49,013 nt of DNA from Burkholderiaceae bacterium (GTDB lineage: Bacteria > Pseudomonadota > Gammaproteobacteria > Burkholderiales > Burkholderiaceae_D). Both the position numbers and the translations under genes were made by a program. The stretch is taken from NCBI GenBank assembly GCA_049683695.1, contig JBAUJK010000142.1:1-49013 (forward strand), read 5' to 3'. Shown one piece after another: positions 22,210-31,475 of the stretch. Every line of letters begins with the position of its first letter. Position 1 is the stretch's first letter. The notes under the pieces were generated by a model. It ran no database searches. It was given only the letters and a program-made list of their open reading frames with translations, and had not been told where the DNA came from.

Positions 22210-23574
22210 TCAGCTGCCGGCCACCGTCATGCTTTCGATCAGGATCGAGCCGGTCTGCTTGCTGCCACGGATCAGGCTGTCGGCGCCGACCGCGACGATC
22301 TGCATCAGCATGTCCTTCATGTTGCCGGCGATCGTGATTTCCTCGACCGGGTACTGGATCTTGCCGTTCTCGACCCAGTAGCCGGCGGCGCCGCGCGAAT
22401 AATCGCCGGTGACGTAGTTCACGCCCTGCCCCATCAGCTCGGTCACCAGAAGGCCGGTACCCATTTTCTTCAGCATCGCGCGGAAGTTGTCGCCGGGGCG
22501 CGTCAGGCTCGACGTCAGCGACAGGTTGTGCGAGCCGCCGGCGTTGCCGGTGGTCTGCATGCCGAGCTTGCGCGCCGAATAGGTGGACAGGAAATACCCC
22601 TGCACCACGCCATCCCTGACCACGTCGCGCCGCTGCGTGCGCACGCCTTCCTCGTCGAACGGCGCCGAGCCGACGCCGCCGACCACGTGCGGGTCTTCGA
22701 CGATCTGCACGTGCGGCGCCAGCGCCTGCTGCCCGAGCGAATCGAGCAGGAAGCTCGACTTGCGGTACAGCGCGCCGCCGGACGTCGCCTGCACGAAGGC
22801 GCCGAGGATGCCGGCTGCAAGCGGCGCCTCGAACAGTACCGGGCATTTGCGGGTCGCCAGTTTTTTCGCGTGCAGCCGCGCCAGCGCGCGTTCGGCGGCG
22901 TAGCGGCCGATCGCCTCGGGTTTGGCCAGCTTTTTCGGGTCGCGCATCGACGAATACCAATCGTCGCGCTGCATGTGGGCGCCGCGGCCGGCGATCGGCG
23001 CCACCGAAATCGTATGGCGCGAATACGGATAGCCGCCGATGAAGCCGCGGCTGTTGGCGGCGACGAAATGCGACTGCTGCGCATAGACGCCGGCGCCCTC
23101 GCTGTTAGTGATGCGCGCATCGACGTCGAATGCCGCCGCCTCGCCGCGCCGCGCCAGCTCGACCGCTTCCTCGGCCGTCAGCAGCCACGGTGAATACAGC
23201 TTCAGGTCGCGCGGCTGCATTTCCAGCATGTCCTGGTCCGGCAGCCCGGCGCAGTCGTCCGGCGCGGTGAAGCGCGCGATGTTGTAGGCGGCATCGACGG
23301 TGTCGCGCAGCGATTGCGCGGAGAAATCGGACGTGCTGGCATTGCCGCGCCGGACCTGCCGCCCCTCGCCGAGGAACACGGTCACGCCCATGCCCTTGTC
23401 CTTGTTCTGCTCGATGGTCTCGACCTTGCCGCGCCGCACCGATACCGACAGCCCGTTGCCTTCGCTGAATTCGAGCGCGCAATCGGTCGCGCCCTTCTCC
23501 TTCGCGTAGCGCAGCATGTCGTGCGCCAGCTCGCGCAACTGGTCCTGGCTGTAGATGAAGACGGAATCGGTCAT
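22210..23574 (-). CDS. pmbA: Metalloprotease PmbA/TldE
   Basis: 454 aa, full-length similarity to PmbA. Divergent from yjgA, as in E. coli. Confidence 0.93.
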   Translation of the reverse strand: MTDSVFIYSQDQLRELAHDMLRYAKEKGATDCALEFSEGNGLSVSVRRGKVETIEQNKDKGMGVTVFLGEGRQVRRGNASTSDFSAQSLRDTVDAAYNIARFTAPDDCAGLPDQDMLEMQPRDLKLYSPWLLTAEEAVELARRGEAAAFDVDARITNSEGAGVYAQQSHFVAANSRGFIGGYPYSRHTISVAPIAGRGAHMQRDDWYSSMRDPKKLAKPEAIGRYAAERALARLHAKKLATRKCPVLFEAPLAAGILGAFVQATSGGALYRKSSFLLDSLGQQALAPHVQIVEDPHVVGGVGSAPFDEEGVRTQRRDVVRDGVVQGYFLSTYSARKLGMQTTGNAGGSHNLSLTSSLTRPGDNFRAMLKKMGTGLLVTELMGQGVNYVTGDYSRGAAGYWVENGKIQYPVEEITIAGNMKDMLMQIVAVGADSLIRGSKQTGSILIESMTVAGS

Positions 23575-23655
23575 GGGGGCGGTTTCTTCGAGGCGGGTAA
23601 AGCTTTATGATAGCAGTCGCTGCCAGAACGGCGCGTTGCCATGAAGTGTTGAAAT

Positions 23656-24249
23656 ATGCCAAATCCCAACCGCGGTTCCTGCGGCTTCCAGTCCAGCGAA
23701 TTCGAACAGGAATACGATCGTCCGTCCAAGTCGCAGTTGAAGCGCGAAATGACCGCGCTGCAAAAGCTCGGCGAGGAACTGGTGGCGCAGCCGAAGGATC
23801 GGGTGCTGCGCGCGCCGCTACCGGACGACGTGCGCGACGCCATCCTCGAATGCCAGCGCATCACCAACCACGAAGGCCGGCGGCGCCAGCTGCAATTCGT
23901 CGGCAAGAAGATGCGCACGCTCGACGAAGACGAGATCGCCGCGCTGCAAAGCACGTTGGACAGCTGGCGCGGCGCCTCGAAGGCCGAGACCAATGCGCTG
24001 CACCTGCTGGAGCGGCGCCGCGAAAAACTGCTGGCCTCGGACGCCGCGCTGACCGAATTGCTGGCCGAGCATCCGGGCGCCGACGCCCAGCGGCTGCGCA
24101 CGCTGATCCGCAATGCGCGCCGCGAGCAGGCCGAGAACAAGCCGCCGAAAGCCTACCGCGAGATTTTCCAGATCCTGAAGCAACTGCAAGGCGGAGCCGA
24201 GCCGGACGCCGCCGACATGGAGGAAGCACCGGATGACGACGCCTCCTGA
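23656..24249 (+). CDS. yjgA: Ribosome-associated protein YjgA/DarP (DUF615)
   Basis: 197 aa. RPSKSQLKREMTALQKLGEELV motif, charged helical protein, divergent from pmbA. Confidence 0.85.
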   Translation: MPNPNRGSCGFQSSEFEQEYDRPSKSQLKREMTALQKLGEELVAQPKDRVLRAPLPDDVRDAILECQRITNHEGRRRQLQFVGKKMRTLDEDEIAALQSTLDSWRGASKAETNALHLLERRREKLLASDAALTELLAEHPGADAQRLRTLIRNARREQAENKPPKAYREIFQILKQLQGGAEPDAADMEEAPDDDAS

Positions 24250-24838
24250 GCAACTGCAAGTCGGCCTGCTGTCGGTGTCCGACCGCGCCAGCAGCGGCGG
24301 CTACCGGGACCAGGGCATCCCGGCGCTGCGCGACTGGCTGACCGGCGCGCTGACCACCCCATGGCGCGCCGAAGAACGGCTGATCCCCGACGAGCGCGCG
24401 CAGATCGAGGCGGCGCTGATCGAACTGGTCGACGTGCAGCGCTGCCACCTGGTGCTGACCACTGGCGGCACCGGCCCGGCGCGGCGCGACGTCACGCCGG
24501 AAGCGACGCTGGCGGTGGCGACCAAGGAAATGCCTGGCTTCGGCGAACAGATGCGGCAGATCAGTCTGCGCTTCGTGCCGACCGCGATCCTGTCGCGGCA
24601 GGTGGCGGTGATCCGCGAACCCGCCGACCACGCGGCGCTGATCATCAACCTGCCCGGCCAGCCGAAATCGATCAAGGAAACGCTGGAAGGACTGAAAGAT
24701 GCCGACGGCAAGCAGTTGGTGCCCGGCATCTTCGCCGCCGTGCCCTACTGCCTGGACCTGATCGGCGGCCCGTACATCGAAACCGACGACGCGGTGTGCA
24801 AGGCGTTCCGGCCGAAATCGGCGCTGCGCCCGAAGTAA
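24233..24838 (+). CDS. mog: Molybdopterin adenylyltransferase MogA
   Basis: 201 aa. VLTTGGTGPARRDVTPEAT and PGFGEQMR motifs of MoaB/MogA. Confidence 0.9.
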   Translation: MTTPPEQLQVGLLSVSDRASSGGYRDQGIPALRDWLTGALTTPWRAEERLIPDERAQIEAALIELVDVQRCHLVLTTGGTGPARRDVTPEATLAVATKEMPGFGEQMRQISLRFVPTAILSRQVAVIREPADHAALIINLPGQPKSIKETLEGLKDADGKQLVPGIFAAVPYCLDLIGGPYIETDDAVCKAFRPKSALRPK

Positions 24839-24864
24839 CCTCTTCCCTTTTTCAAGAATCCGAG

Positions 24865-25536
24865 ATGACCGACACCCTGCTGGAAACCATCGAACTCGAA
24901 ACCGCACCGAACCCCACCGCCGCCGTGATCTGGATGCACGGTCTCGGCGCCGACGGCAACGACTTCGTGCCGATCGTGCGCGAACTCGACCTGTTCGGCG
25001 TGGCGCCGATCCGCTTCGTCTTCCCGCACGCGCCGACGATGCCGGTGACGATCAACAACGGCTACGTGATGCGCGCCTGGTACGACATTCTCGGCACCGA
25101 CCTGGCACGGCGCGAAGACGAAGCCGGGCTGCGCGCGTCGCAGAAGGCGGTCGAAGCGCTGATCGCGCGCGAAAAGGCGCGCGGCATCGCCGCCGACCGC
25201 ATCGTGCTGGCCGGCTTTTCGCAGGGCTGCGCGATGGCACTGCAGACCGGACTGCGCTACCCGCAAAAGCTGGGCGGCCTATTGTGCCTGTCCGGCTACG
25301 TGCCGCTCAACGCAGTGATCGCGCAGGAGCGCCATACCGCCAACCAGGACACGCCAATCTTCCTGGCGCACGGCCGCGGCGACCCGGTGATCACGATCGA
25401 CCGCGCCGAGAAATCGCGCGACCTGCTGCGCGCGCTCGGCTATGCTGTCGAATGGCACGAATACCTGATGCCGCACGCGGTCTGCCCCGAGGAAATCGAC
25501 GACATCGGCGCCTGGCTGAAGCGCGTGCTGGGCTGA
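24865..25536 (+). CDS. Phospholipase/carboxylesterase family alpha/beta hydrolase
   Basis: Start trimmed to MTDTLLETIE (223 aa). WMHGLGADG and nucleophile elbow GFSQGC. Confidence 0.85.
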   Translation: MTDTLLETIELETAPNPTAAVIWMHGLGADGNDFVPIVRELDLFGVAPIRFVFPHAPTMPVTINNGYVMRAWYDILGTDLARREDEAGLRASQKAVEALIAREKARGIAADRIVLAGFSQGCAMALQTGLRYPQKLGGLLCLSGYVPLNAVIAQERHTANQDTPIFLAHGRGDPVITIDRAEKSRDLLRALGYAVEWHEYLMPHAVCPEEIDDIGAWLKRVLG

Positions 25537-25604
25537 TCGCGCGCCTCCAGAGCGCGTGGGCGGCCGTGGCGGCCGCCGCATGACGCACGGTCGCGGGATT
25601 GCCG

Positions 25605-25677
25605 AAAAGCGGGAGTATGCAGCCTATAGCTCCGCCGGACGCCCGGCAACGAGCACCCATCAATGGAGTATATGAAA
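25605..25677 (-). repeat. Two-box intergenic element, copy E
   Basis: The reverse strand reads TTTCATATACTCCA..GCCGGGCG..GCATACTCCCGCTTTT. Plus-strand TGGAGT starts at 25664 and GGGAGT at 25611, 53 bp apart. Confidence 0.75.
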
Positions 25678-25705
25678 CCGGCAGCGTCGCTGCGCGCGAC
25701 GCCGC

Positions 25706-26866
25706 TCAGGCGCAGCGTACCTGCAACGGCAGGCTTGCGTAGCCGCTGGCCGGATAGCTGGCCGGAGCCGGCGGCCGGCCGGGGACCAGTTCGATCGCCG
25801 TGGTGCGCGCCAGCAGTTCTTCCATCACCACCCGCAATTCCAGCCGCGCCAGCGGCGCGCCCGGGCAAACATGGATACCGGCGCCATACAACAGGTTGGC
25901 GGCCGGGTCGCGCTCCAGCCGGAACTCGTCCGGCTGCTCGAACACGGCCGGATCGCGGTTGGCCGCCACCCAGTTCAGCGTGACGCGCTGGCCGCTGCCG
26001 ATCCGGCGCTCGCCGACCCGCACCGCGCCGGTGGTAACGCGCCGATTGGTCACCAGCGGCCCATGCAGCCGCAGGATTTCATCGTTCGCCGCCGCCAGCA
26101 GTTGCGGTTCCGCGCGCAGTCGCCGCTGCAGCTGTGGATGCTGTGCCAGGTAGTGCACAAGGATGCCGATGGCCGCTGAAATCGTGCCCACCTCGCCGAC
26201 GGTCCAGTTGCGCAGGATGCTGACGATCTCCTCGTTGCGCAGCAGCCGCCCGGCTACCTGGTCGTGCACCAGGCGCGTGGTCAGGTCGTTGCCCGCATCG
26301 GCGTCGCGCCGCTCCTGCAGCAGTTCCTCGACGTACTCCTGAAATTCGTAAGCGACCCGCGTCATCGCCGGCCGGTCGCCGGCCAGTGTCGCCGTGTGAT
26401 TCTTTTGCACCCACCGATACAGTTTTTCGTGGAAGCGCTGCGGCCAGCCGAGAAAGCTGCATTGCGCCCGCACCGCGAACCAGCTGGTGAACTGGCCGAT
26501 CAATTCGACCTCGCCGTCGGCCGGCAGCTCAGCCGCCAGTTCCTGCGCCAGCCGGCGGCAGTGCGGCTCGAACGCGGCCATCTGCTGCGGCTCGAAATAC
26601 CGGTTCAGCGTGGTGCGGAAGTCGGTATGCTCCGGAGGATCCATGCCGCTTGGCACCGACAGATGGCGCGACACCACGCTGCTGAAGGTGTCCGGGTCGT
26701 GCAAGGCGCGCATCACGTCGGCGTGCCGGAACAGCGTCCAGCCGAGGAAGTCGCTGTAGGCGACCGGACAGCGTTCGCGCATCGCATCGTAGGCGGCGCG
26801 CTGGTCGCGCTGCACCTCGTCCGCTTTCGGGTCCCAGTCCTGCTCGGGCAATTCGTCCGGGTTCAT
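25706..26866 (-). CDS. Cytochrome P450
   Basis: 386 aa. Heme-thiolate loop YGAGIHVCPGAPLA, EILR (ExxR) motif and an I-helix-like AAIGIL. Confidence 0.9.
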   Translation of the reverse strand: MNPDELPEQDWDPKADEVQRDQRAAYDAMRERCPVAYSDFLGWTLFRHADVMRALHDPDTFSSVVSRHLSVPSGMDPPEHTDFRTTLNRYFEPQQMAAFEPHCRRLAQELAAELPADGEVELIGQFTSWFAVRAQCSFLGWPQRFHEKLYRWVQKNHTATLAGDRPAMTRVAYEFQEYVEELLQERRDADAGNDLTTRLVHDQVAGRLLRNEEIVSILRNWTVGEVGTISAAIGILVHYLAQHPQLQRRLRAEPQLLAAANDEILRLHGPLVTNRRVTTGAVRVGERRIGSGQRVTLNWVAANRDPAVFEQPDEFRLERDPAANLLYGAGIHVCPGAPLARLELRVVMEELLARTTAIELVPGRPPAPASYPASGYASLPLQVRCA

Positions 26867-26900
26867 GTTTCCGCTCCCCCTGCGCCCAGCGGCGCGCCGA

Positions 26901-27776
26901 CTACTTGAACACGACCGTCTTGTGGCCGTTCAGCAGAATCCGGTGCTCGACGAACCACTTGACCGCGCGCGCCAGCACCACGCATTCGACGTCGCGTCCG
27001 ATCGCGGTCAGCGTATCCGGCTCCATCGCGTGGTCGACCCGCTCGACGTCCTGCTCGATGATCGGGCCTTCGTCCAGGTCGCCGGTGACGAAATGGGCGG
27101 TGGCGCCGATCAGCTTCACGCCACGGTCGTGTGCCTGATAGTAGGGCTTGGCGCCCTTGAAGCTGGGCAGGAACGAATGGTGGATATTGATTGCGCGTCC
27201 GGCCAATGCATCGCACATTTCCGGCGACAGGATCTGCATGTAGCGCGCCAGCACCACCAGGTCGATCTGGTTGGCCTCGACGATTTCCAGCACCTTGCGC
27301 TCTTGCGCGCGCTTGGCTTCAGGCGATGCGCCGGCTTCCAGCGGCAGGTGATGGAACGGGATATTGTAGCTCGCCGCCAGCTGGTAGAAATCGCGGTGGT
27401 TGGAGACGATCGCCGGAATCTCGACCGGCAAAAGGCCGCTCTTGTAGCGGAACAGCAGATCGTTCAGGCAGTGGCCGATCTTCGACACCATCAGCATCAG
27501 GCGCGGCTTCTTGGCGGCGTCGTGCAATTGCCAGCGCATCTGCAGGATGTTCGCCAGCGCCGCGAAGTCGGCGCGCAGCGCGGCGTCGCCGATCGCCGCA
27601 TCCTCGGCGGCGAAATGCACGCGCATGAAGAACAGCTGCGACTGGGCGTCGCCGAACTGGGCCGAATTGATGATGTTGCAACCATGTTCGGCGAGGAAGC
27701 CGGATACTTTGTGGACGATACCGCGCTGGTCGAGACAGGACAGGGTGAGGATGTATTCGGGGTGCGTCATGATCAA
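26901..27776 (-). CDS. purU: Formyltetrahydrofolate deformylase
   Basis: 291 aa. N-terminal ACT domain plus a formyltransferase core (INIHHSFLPSFKGAKPY). The start may be 27770. Confidence 0.93.
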   Translation of the reverse strand: MIMTHPEYILTLSCLDQRGIVHKVSGFLAEHGCNIINSAQFGDAQSQLFFMRVHFAAEDAAIGDAALRADFAALANILQMRWQLHDAAKKPRLMLMVSKIGHCLNDLLFRYKSGLLPVEIPAIVSNHRDFYQLAASYNIPFHHLPLEAGASPEAKRAQERKVLEIVEANQIDLVVLARYMQILSPEMCDALAGRAINIHHSFLPSFKGAKPYYQAHDRGVKLIGATAHFVTGDLDEGPIIEQDVERVDHAMEPDTLTAIGRDVECVVLARAVKWFVEHRILLNGHKTVVFK

Positions 27777-27833
27777 AACGTGAGGCGCCCGCGCCGCGGG
27801 CGAAAGCGGCTATTGTCGCACGCCGGCGGCGGG

Positions 27834-27869
27834 CAAACAAAAACCCGGGGCGCCGGCTGGCGGCCCGGG
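27834..27869 (-). terminator. Rho-independent terminator downstream of the bactofilin gene
   Basis: On the minus strand, CCCGGGCCGCC-AGCC-GGCGCCCCGGG (one mismatch) followed by TTTTTGTTTG. Confidence 0.7.
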
Positions 27870-27926
27870 TGTTGGCAGCGGCGCACCGCGCGACGCGCTG
27901 TCGAGCGGCTCAGGCGGGAAGCCGGA

Positions 27927-28457
27927 TCAGGATGCCGCCGCCTTGGTCACCGCCACGGCTTTGGAGCCGGTGCCGACCTGCACTTCGCCAGTAAGCTGGC
28001 CGCCCTCTTCGATCACCACGCGGCCATAGCGAATCTTGCCGGAGACCTTGCCGGTCGAGTAGATCACCAGCTTTTCGCGCACCGTCAGCTCGCCGTCGAA
28101 TTCGCCGCGGATTTCGGCGATGTCGATCTCGGCCGAACCCTTGAAGGCGCCGATTTCGGCGATCTGGATCACGCGCGAATCCATCGTCGCCTCGACCCGG
28201 CCTTCGACCACCAGCGTATCGCAATCGGTGATTTCGACGCCCTTCAGCTTGATGTTGGGGCCGACGATCAGCTTGCTGCCGACTTCGTTGGTGCTGGCAG
28301 TCGACGCGGCCGGCGCCGGCTGCGTCGGGCTGCTGGCCGGATAGGTCGGCTTGGTGATGCTGGCGCTGCCGCCGGACGTCAGGCTGTTGACGCCGCCGAG
28401 CGGGGAATTGGGGGTCGAGCTGTCCCGTTTGCCGAAAAGCGTTTCAGAGCGAAGCAT
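27927..28457 (-). CDS. Bactofilin (polymer-forming cytoskeletal protein, DUF583)
   Basis: 176 aa. Ser/Pro/Thr-rich N-terminus, then a beta-helix repeat region (IKLKGVEITDCDTLVVEGRVEA..FKGSAEIDIAEIRGEFDGEL..GKVSGKIRYG). GGAGA RBS upstream. Confidence 0.85.
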   Translation of the reverse strand: MLRSETLFGKRDSSTPNSPLGGVNSLTSGGSASITKPTYPASSPTQPAPAASTASTNEVGSKLIVGPNIKLKGVEITDCDTLVVEGRVEATMDSRVIQIAEIGAFKGSAEIDIAEIRGEFDGELTVREKLVIYSTGKVSGKIRYGRVVIEEGGQLTGEVQVGTGSKAVAVTKAAAS

Positions 28458-28678
28458 GGTATCTCCTAGGATTGATGAACATGGGCGATGCGGGCGCAGC
28501 GTTGGCAGCCACGGCCCGGCATCGCGAACAGCGAGGGCGAAGCGGTATTCCAGATGCTTTTACAGCGCGGGAAAGAAAGCTGGCACACCAAGAGTTTCCG
28601 TAAATCACGCAAGACTCCTGCGTTGGTGCGCGGCGCCTCACAAAAGTTCCGGCATGGTTACAAATCAAAAAAGTACGA

Positions 28679-28723
28679 CCGTTCAAATTTTCAGATATGA
28701 TCTTTTGCTCACAATTTGAACGG
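28679..28723 (+). promoter_or_regulatory. Perfect 11-bp inverted repeat overlapping the RBS of the downstream oxidoreductase
   Basis: CCGTTCAAATT (28679-28689), 23-bp spacer, AATTTGAACGG (28713-28723). The right arm runs into the GGAG Shine-Dalgarno, and the ATG is at 28732. Confidence 0.6.
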
Positions 28724-28731
28724 AGAAAACC

Positions 28732-29763
28732 ATGTCGACAGCCGAGTTAAGCAATCAGCAATTCCGTCTCGCCGCCCGGCCGGTGGGCGTGCCGAAACCG
28801 AGCGACTGGGATTTCACGACCGAGCCGGTGCGCGCCATCGGCGACGGCGAGATCCTGGTGCAGACGCTATACCTGTCGCTCGACCCGGCGATGCGCGGCT
28901 GGATGAACGAAGGCAAGTCCTACATCCGCCCGGTGGCGATCGGCGAAGTGATGCGCGCCGGCGGCATCGGCCGCGTGCTGGCGTCGAAATCGCCGAAGTT
29001 CGCGATCGGCGACACGGTGTCCGGCGCCATCGGCGTGCAGCGCTACTGGGCCGGCGCCGCCGACGACAAGACCGCCGGCTTCTACAAGGTCGATGCGCGC
29101 CTGGCGCCGCTGCCGAAATACCTGAACGCGCTCGGCATGCCGGGCATGACCGCCTACTTCGGCCTCTTGGAGGTCGGCCAGCCGAAAGCCGGCGAAACCG
29201 TGGTGGTCTCGGGTGCCGCCGGCGCGGTCGGCCAGACCGTCGGCCAGGTCGCCAAGCACAAGGGCTGCCGCGTGGTCGGCATCGCCGGCGGCAAGGAGAA
29301 ATGCGATTTCGTCGTCAACGAACTCGGCTTCGACGCCTGCATCGACTACAAGAGCGGCTCGGTGCGCGACGGCCTGAAGACCCATTGCCCGAACGGCGTC
29401 GATGTCTACTTCGACAACGTCGGCGGCGACATCCTCGACACCGTGCTGACCCGCATCAACCTGAAGGCCCGCATCGTCATCTGCGGCGCGATCTCGCAGT
29501 ACAACAACACGACACCGGTGAAGGGCCCCGCCAACTACCTGTCGCTGCTGGTCAATCGGGCGCGCATGGAAGGCATCGTCGTGTTCGACTACGCCGACCG
29601 CTACGCCGAAGGCGCGGCGCAGATGGCGCAGTGGATGAAGGAAGGCAGCTTCAAGACGCGCGAAGACATCGTGCAGGGGCTGGAAAAGTTTCCGGAAGCG
29701 CTGCTGATGCTGTTCGAAGGGAAAAACTTCGGTAAGCTGATTCTGCAGGTGGCTCCGGAATAG
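28732..29763 (+). CDS. NADP-dependent alkenal/enone oxidoreductase (MDR family, YncB/CurA/PTGR1-like)
   Basis: 343 aa. Nucleotide motif VSGAAGAVG and a C-terminal GKNFGKLILQV. Confidence 0.88.
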   Translation: MSTAELSNQQFRLAARPVGVPKPSDWDFTTEPVRAIGDGEILVQTLYLSLDPAMRGWMNEGKSYIRPVAIGEVMRAGGIGRVLASKSPKFAIGDTVSGAIGVQRYWAGAADDKTAGFYKVDARLAPLPKYLNALGMPGMTAYFGLLEVGQPKAGETVVVSGAAGAVGQTVGQVAKHKGCRVVGIAGGKEKCDFVVNELGFDACIDYKSGSVRDGLKTHCPNGVDVYFDNVGGDILDTVLTRINLKARIVICGAISQYNNTTPVKGPANYLSLLVNRARMEGIVVFDYADRYAEGAAQMAQWMKEGSFKTREDIVQGLEKFPEALLMLFEGKNFGKLILQVAPE

Positions 29764-29780
29764 CGGCGCAACCACAATAC

Positions 29781-29816
29781 TGCATCCGGCCGGCTGCGAT
29801 GCAGCCGGTTTTTTTT
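29781..29816 (+). terminator. Rho-independent terminator
   Basis: CCGGCTGC-GAT-GCAGCCGG stem-loop followed by T8. Confidence 0.85.
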
Positions 29817-29920
29817 GCGTCTCGCCTCAAGTCCGGTTGTTGCGTGCAGGAACAGAAGCGCTACCATGAGCTTGCTGCACTCGCCGGCCCATTGTCACGA
29901 TTTGCCGTTCAAGGAATGCC

Positions 29921-30631
29921 ATGCCCGATTTCATCACCGCTACCGACTGGCACGTTGCCCTTACCATGCTGGGACAAATCCTGGCCGCGCTGCTGGCCGG
30001 CGGGCTGATCGGGCTGGAGCGCAGCTACCATGGCCGCGCCGCCGGCTTCCGTACCTTTTCGCTGGTGGCGCTGGGCTCCTGCCTGCTGATGGTGGCGACC
30101 ACCAATCCGCACGACTGGAGTCCGCCGATCGACGCCTGGGCCCGCGTCGACCCGAGCCGCGTGGTGCAGGGCATCGTTACCGGCGTCGGCTTTCTCGGCG
30201 CCGGCGTGATCTTCCGCGACGGCTTCACCGTGCGCGGGCTGACCACCGCCGCCTGCATCTGGGTGGTGTCGGCGATCGGCGTCCTGTTCGGCACCGGCTT
30301 TTATCTGCTGGGCGCGGCTGGCACCGTGCTGACGCTGATCGTGTTGTCGGTATTCAAACGGATCGAATCGATGATGCCGTCGAACCAGTACACGCACCTG
30401 TCGATCGGCTTCCTGCGCGCCGACGCGCCGCCCGAGCAGGCGATCACCGAGCGGCTGGCAAAGCTGGGGCTGGATGCGCAGGAAATGGCCTACAGCATCC
30501 TGGATGGCGACCTGTTCGAATACCACGCCACCTTGCGTACGGACCAGCCCGGCAATATCCGGCTGCTGGTCGAAGACGTGCGCAACGACCCGCGCGTGGT
30601 GCGCTTCCGTCTGTCGCCGAGCAGCGATTGA
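29921..30631 (+). CDS. MgtC/SapB family membrane protein
   Basis: 236 aa. GGLIGLERSYHGRAAGFRTF motif, 4-5 TM helices, soluble ACT-like C-terminus. Confidence 0.85.
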   Translation: MPDFITATDWHVALTMLGQILAALLAGGLIGLERSYHGRAAGFRTFSLVALGSCLLMVATTNPHDWSPPIDAWARVDPSRVVQGIVTGVGFLGAGVIFRDGFTVRGLTTAACIWVVSAIGVLFGTGFYLLGAAGTVLTLIVLSVFKRIESMMPSNQYTHLSIGFLRADAPPEQAITERLAKLGLDAQEMAYSILDGDLFEYHATLRTDQPGNIRLLVEDVRNDPRVVRFRLSPSSD

Positions 30632-30741
30632 GCCGGCATTGTCTTGCTCCATCAATTGAGTATGTCGAAAAACAACTCAATTCCAGGCGTCAGTGCTGCG
30701 ACTCCTAAAATACTCCCACCACTATAGAGAAACCAAGCGAT

Positions 30742-30775
30742 AAAAAAACGCTGCCGATCATGGCAGCGTTTTTTG
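30742..30775. terminator. Bidirectional Rho-independent terminator shared by mgtC-like and efp
   Basis: A7-ACGCTGCC-GATCAT-GGCAGCGT-T6. Confidence 0.85.
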
Positions 30776-30793
30776 ATTGCAGGCGCTCTAGCT

Positions 30794-31369
30794 TCAGTTG
30801 CGCACGACCCGCTTGTACTCGTTGGTACGGGTATCGATTTCGATCACGTCGTCGGTGCTGACGAACAGCGGCACCTGGACGATGTGCGAATGCGCTTCGA
30901 TCGCGTTTTCGATCTTGGCTTCCTTCAGCACGTTGCCGGACGTGTTGCCCTTGACCGCCGGTTCCGAATACACGACCTTGCGCGCGATGGTGATCGGCAG
31001 TTCCACCGAGATCGCCTTGCCTTCATAGAAGACCGCTTCGCATTCCATGCCGTCCTTCAGGTAGTGCAGCGCGTCGCCGAGGTTTTCTTCCTCGATTTCG
31101 TACTGGTTGTATTCCTCGTCCATGAACACGTACAGCGGATCGGCGAAATACGAATAGGTGACCGGCTTCTTGTCGAGCACGACGACGTCGAACTTGTCAT
31201 CGCCACGGAACACGTTTTCCAGCGGCGCGTTGGTCAGAAGATTCTTCATCTTCCACTTGTAGGTAAAGCCGGTACGGCTGGAACCGTTGACGTCGGAGCG
31301 CAGCACGATAAAGGGCTTGCCGTCGACCATGATGATGTTGCCGACGCGGACTTCTTTTGCTGGTTTCAT
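30794..31369 (-). CDS. efp: Elongation factor P, Arg32 type
   Basis: 191 aa. The loop ..DVNGSSR(32)TGFTYK has Arg at position 32, the site that is modified. Strong similarity to EarP-dependent EF-Ps. Confidence 0.97.
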   Translation of the reverse strand: MKPAKEVRVGNIIMVDGKPFIVLRSDVNGSSRTGFTYKWKMKNLLTNAPLENVFRGDDKFDVVVLDKKPVTYSYFADPLYVFMDEEYNQYEIEEENLGDALHYLKDGMECEAVFYEGKAISVELPITIARKVVYSEPAVKGNTSGNVLKEAKIENAIEAHSHIVQVPLFVSTDDVIEIDTRTNEYKRVVRN

Positions 31370-31475
31370 AGTGAATGTACGTAAAAAAGGAATTGCATAA
31401 GATCATCCGTCGTCTCATGGTCAGCGCGTGAATGGCACTCACCCGATCGAAACTGCGGAAAAATTTAACCGCGTA

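Noticed and set aside
28581-28596. Sigma54-like TGGCAC upstream of the oxidoreductase gene
   Set aside because: The -12 element is missing. The sequence is TGGCACaccaaGAGTT rather than TGGCAC-N5-TTGC, and there is no adjacent enhancer-binding protein gene.
30656-30717. Possible sixth copy of the two-box element (AATACTCCC at 30709-30717, GAGTATG at 30658-30664); also TATATACTGAGG at 11383-11394
   Set aside because: Each has only a single forward box, with no partner at plus or minus 53 bp and no GCCGGGCG core. The upstream half at 30658 is in inverted orientation and belongs to a separate hairpin (AATTGAGT..ACTCAATT). The 11.38-kb site is more simply a TATACT -10 hexamer for the BI-1 gene.
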